Shown: piece by piece, positions 1-10,467 of the stretch | Numbering within the stretch: the first letter of the stretch is position 1 | How the letters are laid out: each line of letters starts with the position of its first letter | Source of the DNA: Thecamonas trahens ATCC 50062 | Lineage: Eukaryota; Protista; Apusomonadida | Direction: 5' to 3' | DNA: 63,801 bases | Assembly (NCBI RefSeq): GCF_000142905.1 | Contig: NW_013657638.1 | Span: 263,096 to 326,896, forward strand | Made by a program: the position numbers and the translations under genes | The notes under the pieces: generated by a model | Databases searched by the model: none | Told to the model about the DNA's origin: nothing | What the model saw: only the letters and a program-made list of their open reading frames with translations

Positions 1-713
1 TCCAGCGCCAGTAGCGCCTCGCGGGCCTCGAACGAGACCATCACCCGCGGCTTGGACGCCCGAACGTCGTACATGGCAACCTGTGCGCCCTCGACCGCCA
101 CAAAGTGTGCGCCGCCTTCGTCGCCCGGCCACGCCTTGATCGCACTCACCCGCCCCAGGCTACTCATGGACCGCACCATCGCCTCGGTCTCCACATCGTG
201 CACGCTCAGCATACGCGCCCAGTAATGCCCGAGCGCTGCAGTACCCGCCGCGGCAGAGAGCGCCACCGAGTTGCCGCCCCACTCGCAGGCCGAGCCGGCC
301 GGCGACGCCTCGCCAGCCCCGAGCACTGCCACTGACCGCACCGCGCCGTCGTCCCCCACCATCGCCACCGCGCCGCGCCCGCGCCCGTCGGCGAGCCCGA
401 CCCGCAGCCCGGCGCCATCGTCGCTGAGGGCCACCACAAGGTTCTGGATCTCCTCCAGGCCAGCGTCGGCCACATCGATCGCCTGCACCAGGTCGTCACC
501 CGCCAGCGGCGGCTCGTCCACCGGCCAAGCGCTCCCCTCGGGCTCGCTCATCTGCGCACCACCCGCATACACCGTCGTCCCTGTCGCCATCCACACCGCC
601 GCCCCACTCACCGCGCCCGTCGCCAGCCCCACCCGCGTGCCATGGACTGAGCCCGGGCTCCACCTCTTGCCATCCTCGCCCAGCACCACCCGCTGCCTGT
701 GCACCCGCTCCAT
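1..713 (-). CDS. Partial ORF running off the left edge; possible WD40/beta-propeller protein
   Basis: ATG at 713 opens a frame with no stop down to position 1 (MERVHRQRVVLGEDG...MLSVHDVETEAMVRSM...VAMYDVRASKP). The VHDVET and MYDVR segments resemble WD-repeat ends. Not in the ORF track because it lacks a stop. Confidence 0.55.
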   Translation of the reverse strand, partial: MERVHRQRVVLGEDGKRWSPGSVHGTRVGLATGAVSGAAVWMATGTTVYAGGAQMSEPEGSAWPVDEPPLAGDDLVQAIDVADAGLEEIQNLVVALSDDGAGLRVGLADGRGRGAVAMVGDDGAVRSVAVLGAGEASPAGSACEWGGNSVALSAAAGTAALGHYWARMLSVHDVETEAMVRSMSSLGRVSAIKAWPGDEGGAHFVAVEGAQVAMYDVRASKPRVMVSFEAREALLAL

Positions 714-943
714 GACCTAGCCGCTCCTTGCCTTGCCTTGCCGTTCCGTGCCTTGCCTTGCCTCGCCGTTTCCTCAACCGGTCAGAGTCAGGTGCCCGTC
801 CCCGTCCCCGTTCTTGTCCACCCCTTCCGTCTCCCATCTCCGGTCTCCCGTCCTTCCTCTCCTCCCTCCCTCCGCCCCGCAACTCTGTAGCCAGCGCACC
901 GCCTCTCCTCCCACTCCCACAGCTGACTCGGCCGCCCTCCACC

Positions 944-3017
944 ATGGCCGCGCCCAAGACCATCACCGAGCTCTCCCAGCTGCAGAACCTCGTCAAGAGA
1001 GACCCCGAAGTACGCCCCGCTCCCCTCTTCCCCTCTTCCCCCCTACCCCCTACCCCTACCCCCTACCCCTACCCCCTGCCCCCCCCCTCCGCCCTCCCCC
1101 TCCCCCCCATCACAGATGGATGGCCCAGGATGGCTCACCCTCCCCCCCCCTCCCCCACACCCCCAACCCCTACAGAGCTACCGCGAAGAGTTCGACCAGC
1201 AGTACCGGCACTTCCACTCGCTGTATGCGATTGTGGTGCTGGCACCGTCCAAGGATACCCGGCACTTTGAAGACCTGGCTACCTTTGTGGCCCATGTCGT
1301 CCATGTCTACCCGGACAAGGCTGCCGAGTTTCCGGCGCTGGTCGTCGAGCTGCTGGAGGATCATGCGGCGGCACTCTCGCCGCGGCTGCGCAAGACGCTG
1401 GTCCGATGCCTGGTACTGTGCCGGAACAAGGGCCTTGTCGATCCGCTCGTCTCGCTCTCGCTCGCTTTCAAGCTCTTTCGCGTCAACGACAAGGTCCTCC
1501 GCGAGACGCTCTTCAACCACATTGTGAGCGACATCCGCAACATGAACAAGAAGCGGATCAACAACAAGGTCAACTCGGCGCTGCAGTCGATGCTCTTTGG
1601 CTTTTTGCAGGACGCGTCCAAGACGGCTGCCAAGTGCGCGCTCGACGTCATCATCGCCCTCTACCGCAAGCGGGTGTGGATCGACGCCAAGACCGTCAAC
1701 GTCATCGCCTCGGGCTGCTTTGCCAAGGACAACACCAAGATGCTCGTGGCCGCCCTCAAGTTCTTTGTCTCTGACCACGATCTCGACCTTGGCGCCGCCG
1801 GCGACGACGACGACGACTCGCACATCAAGAAGGAGGAGTTTACCAACGTTACCGCCGTCAAGGCTCACTTTCAGCACTCGTCCAAGACTCGCTCGCGCCA
1901 GCGCAAGCTTGAGCGGGCCCTCCGCCGCGTGAACAAGACAAACTCGGGCGAGACGGTGGTGAAGAAGAAGAAGAAGCCTGAGCCGCAGTTTACTGCCATC
2001 GAGCTCCTCTACGACGGCCAGTCGTTCGCCGAGCGGCTCTTTGGCCTCCTCCGCAAGTCCAAGGAGCGCTTCGAGGTCCGCCTGCTCATGATGGACATGA
2101 TTGCGAGGACCATTGCCGCTCACGAGCTGGTGGTGCTCAACTTTTACCCGTTCATGCAGCGGTACATGCAGCCGCACCAGCAGCACGCTATCCTCATCCT
2201 CTCCATCGTTGCCCAGGCCGTCCACCCTCTCGTCCCGGACGACGTCATCCTGCCGGTTCTTCAGACACTGCTCTTCCACTTTGTCACCGACCGCTCCTCG
2301 GCCGATGTCATCACCGTCGGCCTCAACACCGCCCGCGAGATCTGCCGTCGCCACCCGGACGCCATCACTGAGGACCTCCTCGCCGACCTTGTCATGTACA
2401 AGTCGTCCAAGTTTAAGGGCGTCGCCATGGCCGCCCGATCGCTCCTCCAGCTCTACCGCAACGTGCGGCCCGAGATGCTCCACCGCCGGCTGCGCGGCAA
2501 GGAGGCTTCCATGGCCATCACCGAGCGCAAGCGCAAGGCTCTGGAGGACGCCAACGCCATCTCCAATGACGACGACGATGATGGTGGAGACGACGAGGCT
2601 GGCTCGGGCCGCCGCGTCCGCTTTGAGGGCGTCTCTGACGACGACGGTGGCGATGACGACGGCGAGTGGGTCGACCTCGACGACGCCGACGACGACCCGG
2701 CGGCCAGCCTCGCCGCGCCGGCCGAGCGCCTCGACCGCGGCAACATCGATCGCTTCCGCCGCCGCAAGAAGATGACCGCCAAGGAGCGTCTCGAGTGGGT
2801 CCGCGCCGGCCGCCCCGAGGCCCGCCACGAGCACTTCCGCGACACCAAGATCGAGAAGAACCAGTCCAAGACCAACATGGAGAAGAAGTCGACAAAGAAC
2901 TACCTCATGCTGCAGCGGTCGGCCAAGGTCCGCTTCAAGTCGCGCGAGTCGCTCACCGAGCGCAACGACCGCCAGCGCAAGCATCGCCGCTCGCTCAAGC
3001 GCCGCCGCAAGAAGTAG
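944..3017 (+). CDS. SDA1: SDA1 60S ribosome biogenesis protein; exons 944-1009 and 1176-3017
   Basis: Splicing joins LSQLQNLVKRDPE to SYREEF, the conserved SDA1 N-terminus. Internal motifs DKVLR, LYRKRVW, VITVGLNTAREICRR, ARSLLQLYR, LHRRLRGK and TNMEKKSTKNYLM also fit. Confidence 0.95.
1010..1175 (+). other. Spliceosomal intron of SDA1 (C-rich)
   Basis: GTACGC donor, GCTCAC branch motif near 1133-1138, TACAG acceptor; phase 0 restores the conserved protein. Confidence 0.9.
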
Positions 3018-3801
3018 ACTCGGCTCCCGCTTCCGCCCGCCACGCCTCGTAGTCGTGGACGTGAAAGTAGCCGCCGTTGGCCAGCCCGTGCACCTCGGCA
3101 AACGCCGCCCGCGCCGCGCCGCCGGCCTCGCTCTCGTCGATGAGGAACCGAAAGACGTCGCGGATGTCGTCTGGCGCCCGCTGGCCATCCGGGTTCAAAT
3201 CCGTCGCCACCGAGCCCGGCGACAGCGCCACCACCCGAGTCGCTGTCTCTGGGCCGAGCTCCGCTGCCGCCACCGCCGACAGCCCGTTGAGCGCGTACTT
3301 TGAGGCGCAGTACGGGCCGAGCTGCGGAATGCCCATCACCCCCGCCGCCGAAGACATGTTGAGCACCAGATCAGGCAGCTTGTCGGCGTTCTCGACCCGT
3401 AGCGCACCCGCAAGCACATTGAACGCGCCCACTACATTGACCTCGAGCACCTTCCGGAGCCCGTCAGCTGTCGCCGCCGTCAGCGCCGCACGCTCGCCCA
3501 CCACGCCCGCGTTGTTCACCACCACATGGACCTTCCCCACCGCCGACCGCACCGCCGCCACTGCTGCCTCCACCGCCGCCGCCTCGGTCACGTCCGCCGT
3601 ATGCACCGAGAAGACCGTCCCCTCGCTCGCACCGCCTCCCGCTGCCGCCGCCTCCAGCTCGTCCTTGGCCTCGGCCAGCCGCACAGCATCGCGGGCCACC
3701 AGCGCCACATGCTCGGCCTGTTCCTCAGCACAGATCCGGGCCAGTGCCAGTCCGATCCCACGCGAGCCGCCGGTGATGAGCACGTTCCGTCCTGCAAGCA
3801 T
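2995..3801 (-). CDS. Classical short-chain dehydrogenase/reductase (SDR)
   Basis: Motifs VLITGGSRGIG, NNAG, NMSSAAG, catalytic YCASK and PGSVATD; likely start MLAGRNV at 3801. Confidence 0.92.
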   Translation of the reverse strand: MLAGRNVLITGGSRGIGLALARICAEEQAEHVALVARDAVRLAEAKDELEAAAAGGGASEGTVFSVHTADVTEAAAVEAAVAAVRSAVGKVHVVVNNAGVVGERAALTAATADGLRKVLEVNVVGAFNVLAGALRVENADKLPDLVLNMSSAAGVMGIPQLGPYCASKYALNGLSAVAAAELGPETATRVVALSPGSVATDLNPDGQRAPDDIRDVFRFLIDESEAGGAARAAFAEVHGLANGGYFHVHDYEAWRAEAGAESTSCGGA

Positions 3802-4169
3802 TTCTTGTCTGGGCTTGTTGTTCTGGGGACCGAGTGATGTGCGTGCCTCTGCGTCGTTTTGCCTCCGCAGCCGATCCCGGGCGAGCGCTTGAGCGCTGGC
3901 GATGTGCTGGCCATGGCGGGCCAAGGCCGTGCGCTCACTCTGGGAATTGATCAAAAGTGTCCGCCCTGTGTCGGCCCCATCCACCGTCATTGGAGTCACC
4001 CGCCTGCCCAGGGGAGGCGGCTGCGGCTGGGGGCTGTCGGTTGGTGGCCGTCGCGGCGGAGCCACGCGTCATACTCGCCAGGGCGACTCACATTGCGCTC
4101 GGCAGTCCTCAACAGCTCACGCCACTTCTCACCGACACCACCCAGCACCTTTGGTCCATCTCCTCTACC

Positions 4170-4724
4170 ATGGCCACCCGCCCCGCTCTGGCGGCCTTTC
4201 GCACGCTCATGCGCACCCAGCAGCGCGTCTTTGCCGGCGACGCGGCTATGCAAGCCGCGGCCGTCCTCCGCATCCGCGACGAGTTTGCCGCCCGCGCTGC
4301 ACTCACAGATCCGACGGAGATTGCTCACGCCGTGGCGGCTGCCCACGAAGCCGCCGACTTTCTCCGCCAGAACGTGCTCCAGGTCGAGCGGGCCGAGTCG
4401 GCTGCGCCTGCCGATGCCGGAGCCGCCGCTGATGGTGCTGCTGCCGATGAGGTGCCGGTGACGTACAAGGCCACCTTTCACAACGACGTCGAGTGGGGCA
4501 CCGATCTGCGCGGCGCTGCCGAGCGAGAGGGTGTGCCTTTCCCCACAGACTGCATCGAGTACGAGGCAACGTTCAAGGAGCTTGGCGGCGGTGACGACGT
4601 CTCCCTCGCCGACGTCTCTCGGGCCGTCCAGGCCAAGAAGGCCGCGGCTGCCGCTTCCGACCCCTCACCCTCGCCCTCCATCCGCGATCTCCGTGCCAAG
4701 CGCAAGGAGCGCCGCCAGCACTGA
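4170..4724 (+). CDS. LYRM7: LYR-motif protein, MZM1/LYRM7-like complex III assembly factor with C-terminal extension
   Basis: AFRTLMRTQQRVFAGD...RIRDEF...EAADFLRQNVLQ matches the Mzm1/LYRM7 pattern. Confidence 0.75.
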   Translation: MATRPALAAFRTLMRTQQRVFAGDAAMQAAAVLRIRDEFAARAALTDPTEIAHAVAAAHEAADFLRQNVLQVERAESAAPADAGAAADGAAADEVPVTYKATFHNDVEWGTDLRGAAEREGVPFPTDCIEYEATFKELGGGDDVSLADVSRAVQAKKAAAAASDPSPSPSIRDLRAKRKERRQH

Positions 4725-5043
4725 ATCACGCTGCCTGCCCACGCCCATCGCTTCAACTACGCCTGACCACGCCCAGCTCTACAGCCCGGCTTGTTGCCTG
4801 CCTATCGCCTGCCCATCGCCTGCCCACCGCCTGTCCACCGCCTGCCTGCCCACCACTTGCCCACGCCCAGCTCAACAGTCAGCCCCCCCTCCCCTTCCCC
4901 CCCCTCTCCCTCTCCACATCAATCTGCTCCCCGATCTCCTCGATCCCTCCTGAGCCCCCGTGGACGCACCGTGATGGCGGAGCCGGGGTCAAGGGTGAAA
5001 ATGGCTGGAGCCCGCGCGCTCTCCAGCTTCGACTTAAACAGTC

Positions 5044-5222
5044 NNNNNNNNNNNNNNNNNNNNNNNNNNNNNNNNNNNNNNNNNNNNNNNNNNNNNNNNN
5101 NNNNNNNNNNNNNNNNNNNNNNNNNNNNNNNNNNNNNNNNNNNNNNNNNNNNNNNNNNNNNNNNNNNNNNNNNNNNNNNNNNNNNNNNNNNNNNNNNNNN
5201 NNNNNNNNNNNNNNNNNNNNNN
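5044..5222. other. Assembly gap (N run)
   Basis: Run of Ns. Confidence 1.
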
Positions 5223-5286
5223 ACCCCGAGCCCGGCAAGGTGACAGACAACTTGTCCGTCATCCACCCATCTCTCTTATCAGCACC

Positions 5287-5868
5287 ATGGCCGATCTCAC
5301 CGTTCCCGAGAAGCAGTTTGACGAGGCGTACTTTGCCAGCAATGCGTGCGTCAAGCGCGACGTGGTGGACTTTCTGCAAAAGTACGTCAAGAACTCGCTC
5401 CTCAAGGAGCACAACATGAACGGCGCGGCCAAGTCGGTGGCCAAGAACCGCAAGAAGCCGCAGCTGGAGGAGGTGTACAACAAGGTCTACGCTGAGGCGC
5501 CTGCCTGGTGGAAGACGTCCGAGGATGTCGAGGCCGAGGCTGCTGAGGCCGCCGCAGAGGCTGCCGCCGCCGCAGAGGCCGAGATCGCTCGCAAGGCCAA
5601 GGCCAAGGCCGCCGCAGAGGCCCGCCAGGCCAAGCTCGACGCACTCAAGGCCGAGCGCATGGCTGGCAGCAATGCGGCCAAGGGCAATGCGGACAGAGGC
5701 GGCAGTGGTGCCGGTCGGATTCGTGGCCGCCAGGGCGGAAAGGTCAAGCCGCTCAAGCAGAAGAAGGCCCGCGCCAAGGTCATGACCGAGGAGGACGAGG
5801 AGTTCCAGCGCAAGCGCCGTGAGGACGCTGCCCGCCTCAAGGCCGCCCGTGCTAAGGCCAAGAAGTAA
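5287..5868 (+). CDS. FKBP25-type basic tilted helix bundle (BTHB) domain fused to a TMA7-like C-terminus
   Basis: N-terminal VPEKQF...KRDVVDFLQKY...LLKEHNMNGAAKSVAK...KPQLEEVYNKVY parallels the FKBP3 N-domain. C-terminal GRQGGKVKPLKQKKARAKVMTEEDEEFQRKRRED parallels TMA7. Confidence 0.75.
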   Translation: MADLTVPEKQFDEAYFASNACVKRDVVDFLQKYVKNSLLKEHNMNGAAKSVAKNRKKPQLEEVYNKVYAEAPAWWKTSEDVEAEAAEAAAEAAAAAEAEIARKAKAKAAAEARQAKLDALKAERMAGSNAAKGNADRGGSGAGRIRGRQGGKVKPLKQKKARAKVMTEEDEEFQRKRREDAARLKAARAKAKK

Positions 5869-6191
5869 CTTTGCTGCTCTCTCGCCGATGGCCTTCCTCG
5901 CGACCCGCTCTGTCTTGCCATCATCGCCTTGCGCCTTTGATCCGGCTCGAGGACTCGAACTCTGGCGCGCAGAAGGCACGGACACTCTGACCCTATCGCC
6001 CTTTGCCCCTCCATTTGATCCCCTCGCACCGGTCGTGGTCCTTACTCCCGCAATGAATCCAAAGCTAGCTTATCCGCCTCGCGCCCCTCCCCGCCCTTTT
6101 GGGCCTCAGCTGGCCGTACACGGCTCGAACGCCTTCGATTGGAAGCGGCTCCTCCACAGACAGGCCTCGGCTCACCTCTCGCTCGCTTGCC

Positions 6192-7202
6192 ATGACGACT
6201 GTATCTTGCACTATGGGAGCATCAGCTGTCGACGACGAGCCATGGGCATCCAACGCACCCCATACGAGTGGTGGTCCTACCATTGCCGAGCCGGTCGAGG
6301 CCGTGCCAGGCCTGTTCTTCATCGCCGACTTTGTGGCGCCTGCCGAGTCGGACGCCTTGCTAGACTTTCTGGCGGCATGCGACAGATGGAAGAGCATGGG
6401 AACCGGTCGGCGAGTCCTACACTTTGGCCACATGTTTGACTATGCCACAGAGAGTGTTGTTCCCATTCCGGATCCAGATTGTCCGGACGATGTGTTTATG
6501 CCGGCAGCGCTTGCGCCGGTTGTGGCGAGCATCAACGCACTGGTCACGCCTGACGGCTCGCCACTACCGGGCGGTCCGCAGGCGTATGATCAGGTCATTG
6601 TCAACGGGTACGAAAAGAGCCAGGGCATCCACCCACACATCGATCGGACGCATTGCTTTGGCCCGGTCATCGCCGCGCTCTCGCTCGGCGACGATGCCGT
6701 GCTTACCTTTCTCCGCGACACCCAGGATGGGCGGGTTGTGTACGACGTCCCTGTCCCGGCCCGGTCGCTCTACATCATGACTGGCGACGCGCGGTACGCG
6801 TGGCGCCACGGGCTCGATGCCAGGACCAACGCCGCGGTGCGGACAGGTGTCGAGCGGGTCTCGATCACGTGGCGGACTGTTGTCGACAGCGAGACTGCGG
6901 CGGCAGTGACGCCGTCCGCCAACTCGCTGCCGGGCGTCATCATCGATGCTCTTCGCCCCGAGACAGACCTTGTTATTGAGGGCGAGCTCGTCGGCCGCGT
7001 CGTTGGCCGCCGCGGAGCGACTGTACGCGCGCTCTCCGGCCGCCTCGGCTCACAGTTGGTCGTCGGCACGCTCGCCGGCGATCCCTCGGTCGGGTTGGTC
7101 CGCATCCTCGACCGAGGCACCACCTCGCTCGAGGCCCTGCAGACCGAGCTCGACGCCATCCTTGACCCGTTCCGCTCGAGCGGCGCCGCCGCCGAAGACT
7201 AG
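6192..7202 (+). CDS. AlkB-family 2OG-Fe(II) dioxygenase with C-terminal KH domain
   Basis: RRVLHFG, IVNGYE..QGIHPHID (HxD), ALSLG, RYAWRHG and RVSITWR; then LVGRVVGRRGATVRAL (KH GxxG loop). Start could be 6192 or 6213. Confidence 0.88.
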   Translation: MTTVSCTMGASAVDDEPWASNAPHTSGGPTIAEPVEAVPGLFFIADFVAPAESDALLDFLAACDRWKSMGTGRRVLHFGHMFDYATESVVPIPDPDCPDDVFMPAALAPVVASINALVTPDGSPLPGGPQAYDQVIVNGYEKSQGIHPHIDRTHCFGPVIAALSLGDDAVLTFLRDTQDGRVVYDVPVPARSLYIMTGDARYAWRHGLDARTNAAVRTGVERVSITWRTVVDSETAAAVTPSANSLPGVIIDALRPETDLVIEGELVGRVVGRRGATVRALSGRLGSQLVVGTLAGDPSVGLVRILDRGTTSLEALQTELDAILDPFRSSGAAAED

Positions 7203-8821
7203 CCAGCAGCCCGAGCCGACGACCACGTCGTTGACCAGCATGGTCCACGATGCATGCTCAGGAGGGGCAAGGCGGGGCGGGCGAGGCCGAAGTGCTGGAT
7301 GCGCCAGCCGGCTCCCCGCTGCTGCGCTCTGGATCTCACTCAATGAAAGTGCATACCACAAGTCTGCGCTGTGGTCGGCGAGCCAGAGGTGAGAGCCGGC
7401 GAGCTGGAGCCGCGCAAGCGGCGGCGCGTCCGAAGAACCGACGATCCACCAGCACCAGGTGGCACATTCGACGTCAAGGAGGTAAAGGACACGGCCGAGG
7501 CCGAGCCAGAGCTTCGTGGCAGTAGTGAGCGAGTCGCCATCCACCACCCACCGCCACTCGCGTGGATCGCCGAGGACAGATGAGAGGTCGGGGGCGGCGA
7601 GAAAGTGGGCGCGTGGCAGAACCAGCCGGCGCCCGCGCGCCTCGAGCGCCCACTCGGGCGGCATGGGCTGAAGTGCGCACATGGTTGTCGGTCCGATCAC
7701 CCGCCTCATCAGCGAGGGCGTGTCCAGGCAGACAACAGACGAAGCTCGCTTGGCGTCGAGCGCGGTTATGGCCAGCAGGAGAGTGTCGGCCTGGGTTACG
7801 GCCAGGCCCTTGGCCAGCACACCCTCGCCACGCCACACATGACGCATTCCGCCGCTCTGCATGCACGCCACAGAAACATCGGACCATCCACTTGTCGAGT
7901 GCTGGGTGTAGACGACGTGGAGGCCACGGCAGCCGCCGGAGATAAAGCGGGCGACGACCGCCGGGAGGTGCATTGACCGCGATGGGAGCGAAGGCCGGCG
8001 CTCGGGCGTCGGCATGCAGACAAAGACCCACTCGCCGTCGGGCGCCAGCTCGTAGCACACAACCGCGCCGTCCCACAGGCCGATGACCAGGCTTAGAGGA
8101 CCACCAGGCGCAGCCGCCATGTCCACCGACGTCGCCCGCTCGCCGTGGGCGATCCGGAAAGTCGACATGACCTCGCACTCCCCCAAGTGCTGACATCAAA
8201 GGCAGCAACATTGCCGCCCATCGAGACGGAGACCAAACACGAGGCGTCGGGCGAGAAGCCGACAGCCACCATAGAGTACAGGTCGTCGACGACAAGAACG
8301 GCGGTGACCTCCCCGTCAGCCTCGAGCAGATGCAGCAGCAGGCCACAAGCGCCGGCCACAGCTACCATAACCTTTCCTGAGCCATCAGGCAGATGAATTG
8401 CGGCGAGTGCAACCGGCACCATATGCAGCTCGAGCTCGATGAGCCTGCCCTCGCCCAGGAAGGAGTAAACGAGCCGCGGGGCGGCGCCTGGCACGACGGC
8501 ACCCGCGGCGAGAAAGGGACCGCCATGGTCGGGAGCCAGGCCCGCCACTGCTGCCACCACCACATGCTTGTCGCACAACGCCTCGTCGACCACAACCGAG
8601 CCAGTCTGCGGAGCCTCTCCGCCTTGGACCACCCACGCCAGCTTGCCTTCGCCCACCACCGCCACCGCGCCCGTCCCCCTCCCGCCCACCAGCGCATTGC
8701 ACACACGGACAGACGGCGGCACAGGCACAGCCAGACCGTCCATCCTCGTCTCCTTGCCACACGCCTCGATCTTGTCGCCGTCGATCACCACACCGATCGC
8801 TACGTCGAGAGCCGACGCCGA
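7050..8821 (-). CDS. Probable beta-propeller/WD40-like protein, disrupted (frameshift near 8182, unresolved 5' end)
   Basis: ORFs 8093-8791 (AVGFSPDASCLVSVSMGGNVAAFDVST) and 7050-8186 (LVIGLWDGAVVCYEL) join if one G is added at the C5 run 8180-8184. An in-frame TGA at 8822-8824 lies upstream. Confidence 0.5.
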
Positions 8822-8870
8822 TCACCGCGTTGAGAGCCGAGTGGTGGTGGCTGTACTGCCTTGAGCTACA

Positions 8871-9103
8871 GATGACCAGCAGCCCAGCCTCATCGACGAC
8901 CAGCAGCCCAGCCTCATCGACGACCAGCCCAGCCTCATCGATGACCAGCAGCCCAGCCTCATCGACGACCAGCCCAGCCTCATCGATGACCAGCAGCCCA
9001 GCCTCATCGACGACCAGCAGCCCAGCCTCATCGACGACCAGCAGCCCAGCCTCATCGATGACCAGCAGCCCAGCCTCATCGATGACCAGCAGCCCAGCCT
9101 ATC
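8871..9103. repeat. Minisatellite of 10 units of 24/21 bp (GAYGACCAG[CAG]CCCAGCCTCATC)
   Basis: Counted directly: seven 24-mers, two 21-mers and a final 23-mer. Confidence 0.95.
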
Positions 9104-9304
9104 AATCACATCGCCACCTACCGTCGTCGGCAGCCAGATGGAATGCCAAGATCAGCCGCACCGCCCTGCCCGCCCGCCATTGGATCGTCCGCCAGCACAT
9201 CGACCGATTGCAGTTCACCGTCTTGGGCACTCCAGCCGCCAGACAGCCACCGCCACCACCACCACCACCACCACACCCGTCTGGAGCACACCCTCCCGGC
9301 ACTC

Positions 9305-10433
9305 ATGGACTACTATGCTGTGCTCGGTGTGGCCCGGGATGCCACCGACGCAGAGCTGAAGAAGGCGTATGTTCCCCCCTCCCCCCCTCCCCCTCCCCCC
9401 TTCCCCTTCCCTCCCGCCACCCAACACGGCCGTTGCCCCCCCCCCCCCCCCCCTCTCCCCCCCCCTCCCGCACTCACCGCCACCTGCTTGTTACGACAGA
9501 TACCGCAAGGCGGCCATCAAGTGGCACCCGAGGAAGAATGCCGAGAGCGAGGAGGAGGCCGAGGTTGCGTTTGCAGAGGCAGCGGAAGCGTATGAAGTCC
9601 TTTCTATGCCAGTCCTCCGTGCCGTCTTTGACCAGTATGGCGAGACTGGGCTCAAGGAGGGCATTCCTGACGGCGGTGGTGACATTCCTGGCTTTGATGG
9701 CTACACCTTTTCTGGTGATCCTTATGCTGTCTTTACAAAGATGTTTGGTGGTGAAGCGCCCTTTGCTCTCTTTGCCGATCCGCTCAACGGCCCGGCAAAG
9801 TCGTCGGTCTTTGGCGCTGGTGCCGTTGCCCGCTCGCCCGTCAAGCCCGCCACCGACCTCCACACCCTGCGTCTGACGCTGGAGCAGCTGTATGCTGGAT
9901 GCACCAAGAAGATCAAGATCACTCGCCGGGTGCTCAATAGCGACGGACAGACAACCCGCGAGCAGGCGACTGTCCTGACCGTGCCGATCAAGCCGGGCTT
10001 CAAGGCCGGCACGCGCATTACCTTTGCGGGCCAAGGCGACCAGGGCCCCGGCATGGAACCGGGCGACGTTGTCTTTGTTGTTGCCGAGAAGCCGCACAAG
10101 GTCTTTGCCCGCAACGGCAACGACCTGGTCTACACCGCCACCGTCTCGCTCCTCCACGCACTCACCGGCTTCACCGTCGAGCTCACCACACTCGACAACC
10201 GCAGACTCGCCATCCCCATCAACGACGTCGTCGAGCCGGGATTCTCTAAGAAGGTCCACGGCGAAGGCATGCCTCTGCCTGGAACTCCGGGCGCCAGAGG
10301 TGACTTGTACATCAAGTTTACCGTTGTCTTCCCGAACAACCTCAACGGCAAGCAGAAGAACCACATCCGCGCCGCCCTCGGCCCGCCGCCCAAGAGCCAA
10401 CCGGCCAAGCTCCCAGGAAAGAGCTCGTCGTGA
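9305..10433 (+). CDS. DNAJB13: Type II DnaJ, DNAJB13/RSP16-like radial spoke HSP40; exons 9305-9366 and 9500-10433
   Basis: Spliced J domain MDYYAVLGV...LKKAYRKAAIKWHPRKN has a non-canonical HPR; EAYEVLS, FDQYGETGLKEG and the DnaJ_C motifs LTLEQLYAGCTKK, KPGFKAGTRITF, GEGMP, GDLYIKF follow. Intron GTATGT...ACTCAC...CAG at 9367-9499. Confidence 0.85.
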
Positions 10434-10467
10434 TCGCCGTAAACATGCCTTACTCTTGCCTGTGCAG

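Noticed and set aside
1170-3188. Long antisense ORFs (also 39231-40880, 58133-59650, 36519-37823)
   Set aside because: They are shadows of GC3-rich sense genes and show no recognisable motifs.
4791-5266. ORFs spanning the first gap
   Set aside because: They are artefacts of translation through Ns.
8822-8824. Selenocysteine or readthrough TGA in the WD-like gene
   Set aside because: No SECIS evidence or redox context; a frameshift or gene decay explains it equally well.
8871-9103. CRISPR-like array
   Set aside because: Units are contiguous with no unique spacers, there are no cas genes, and the context is eukaryotic.
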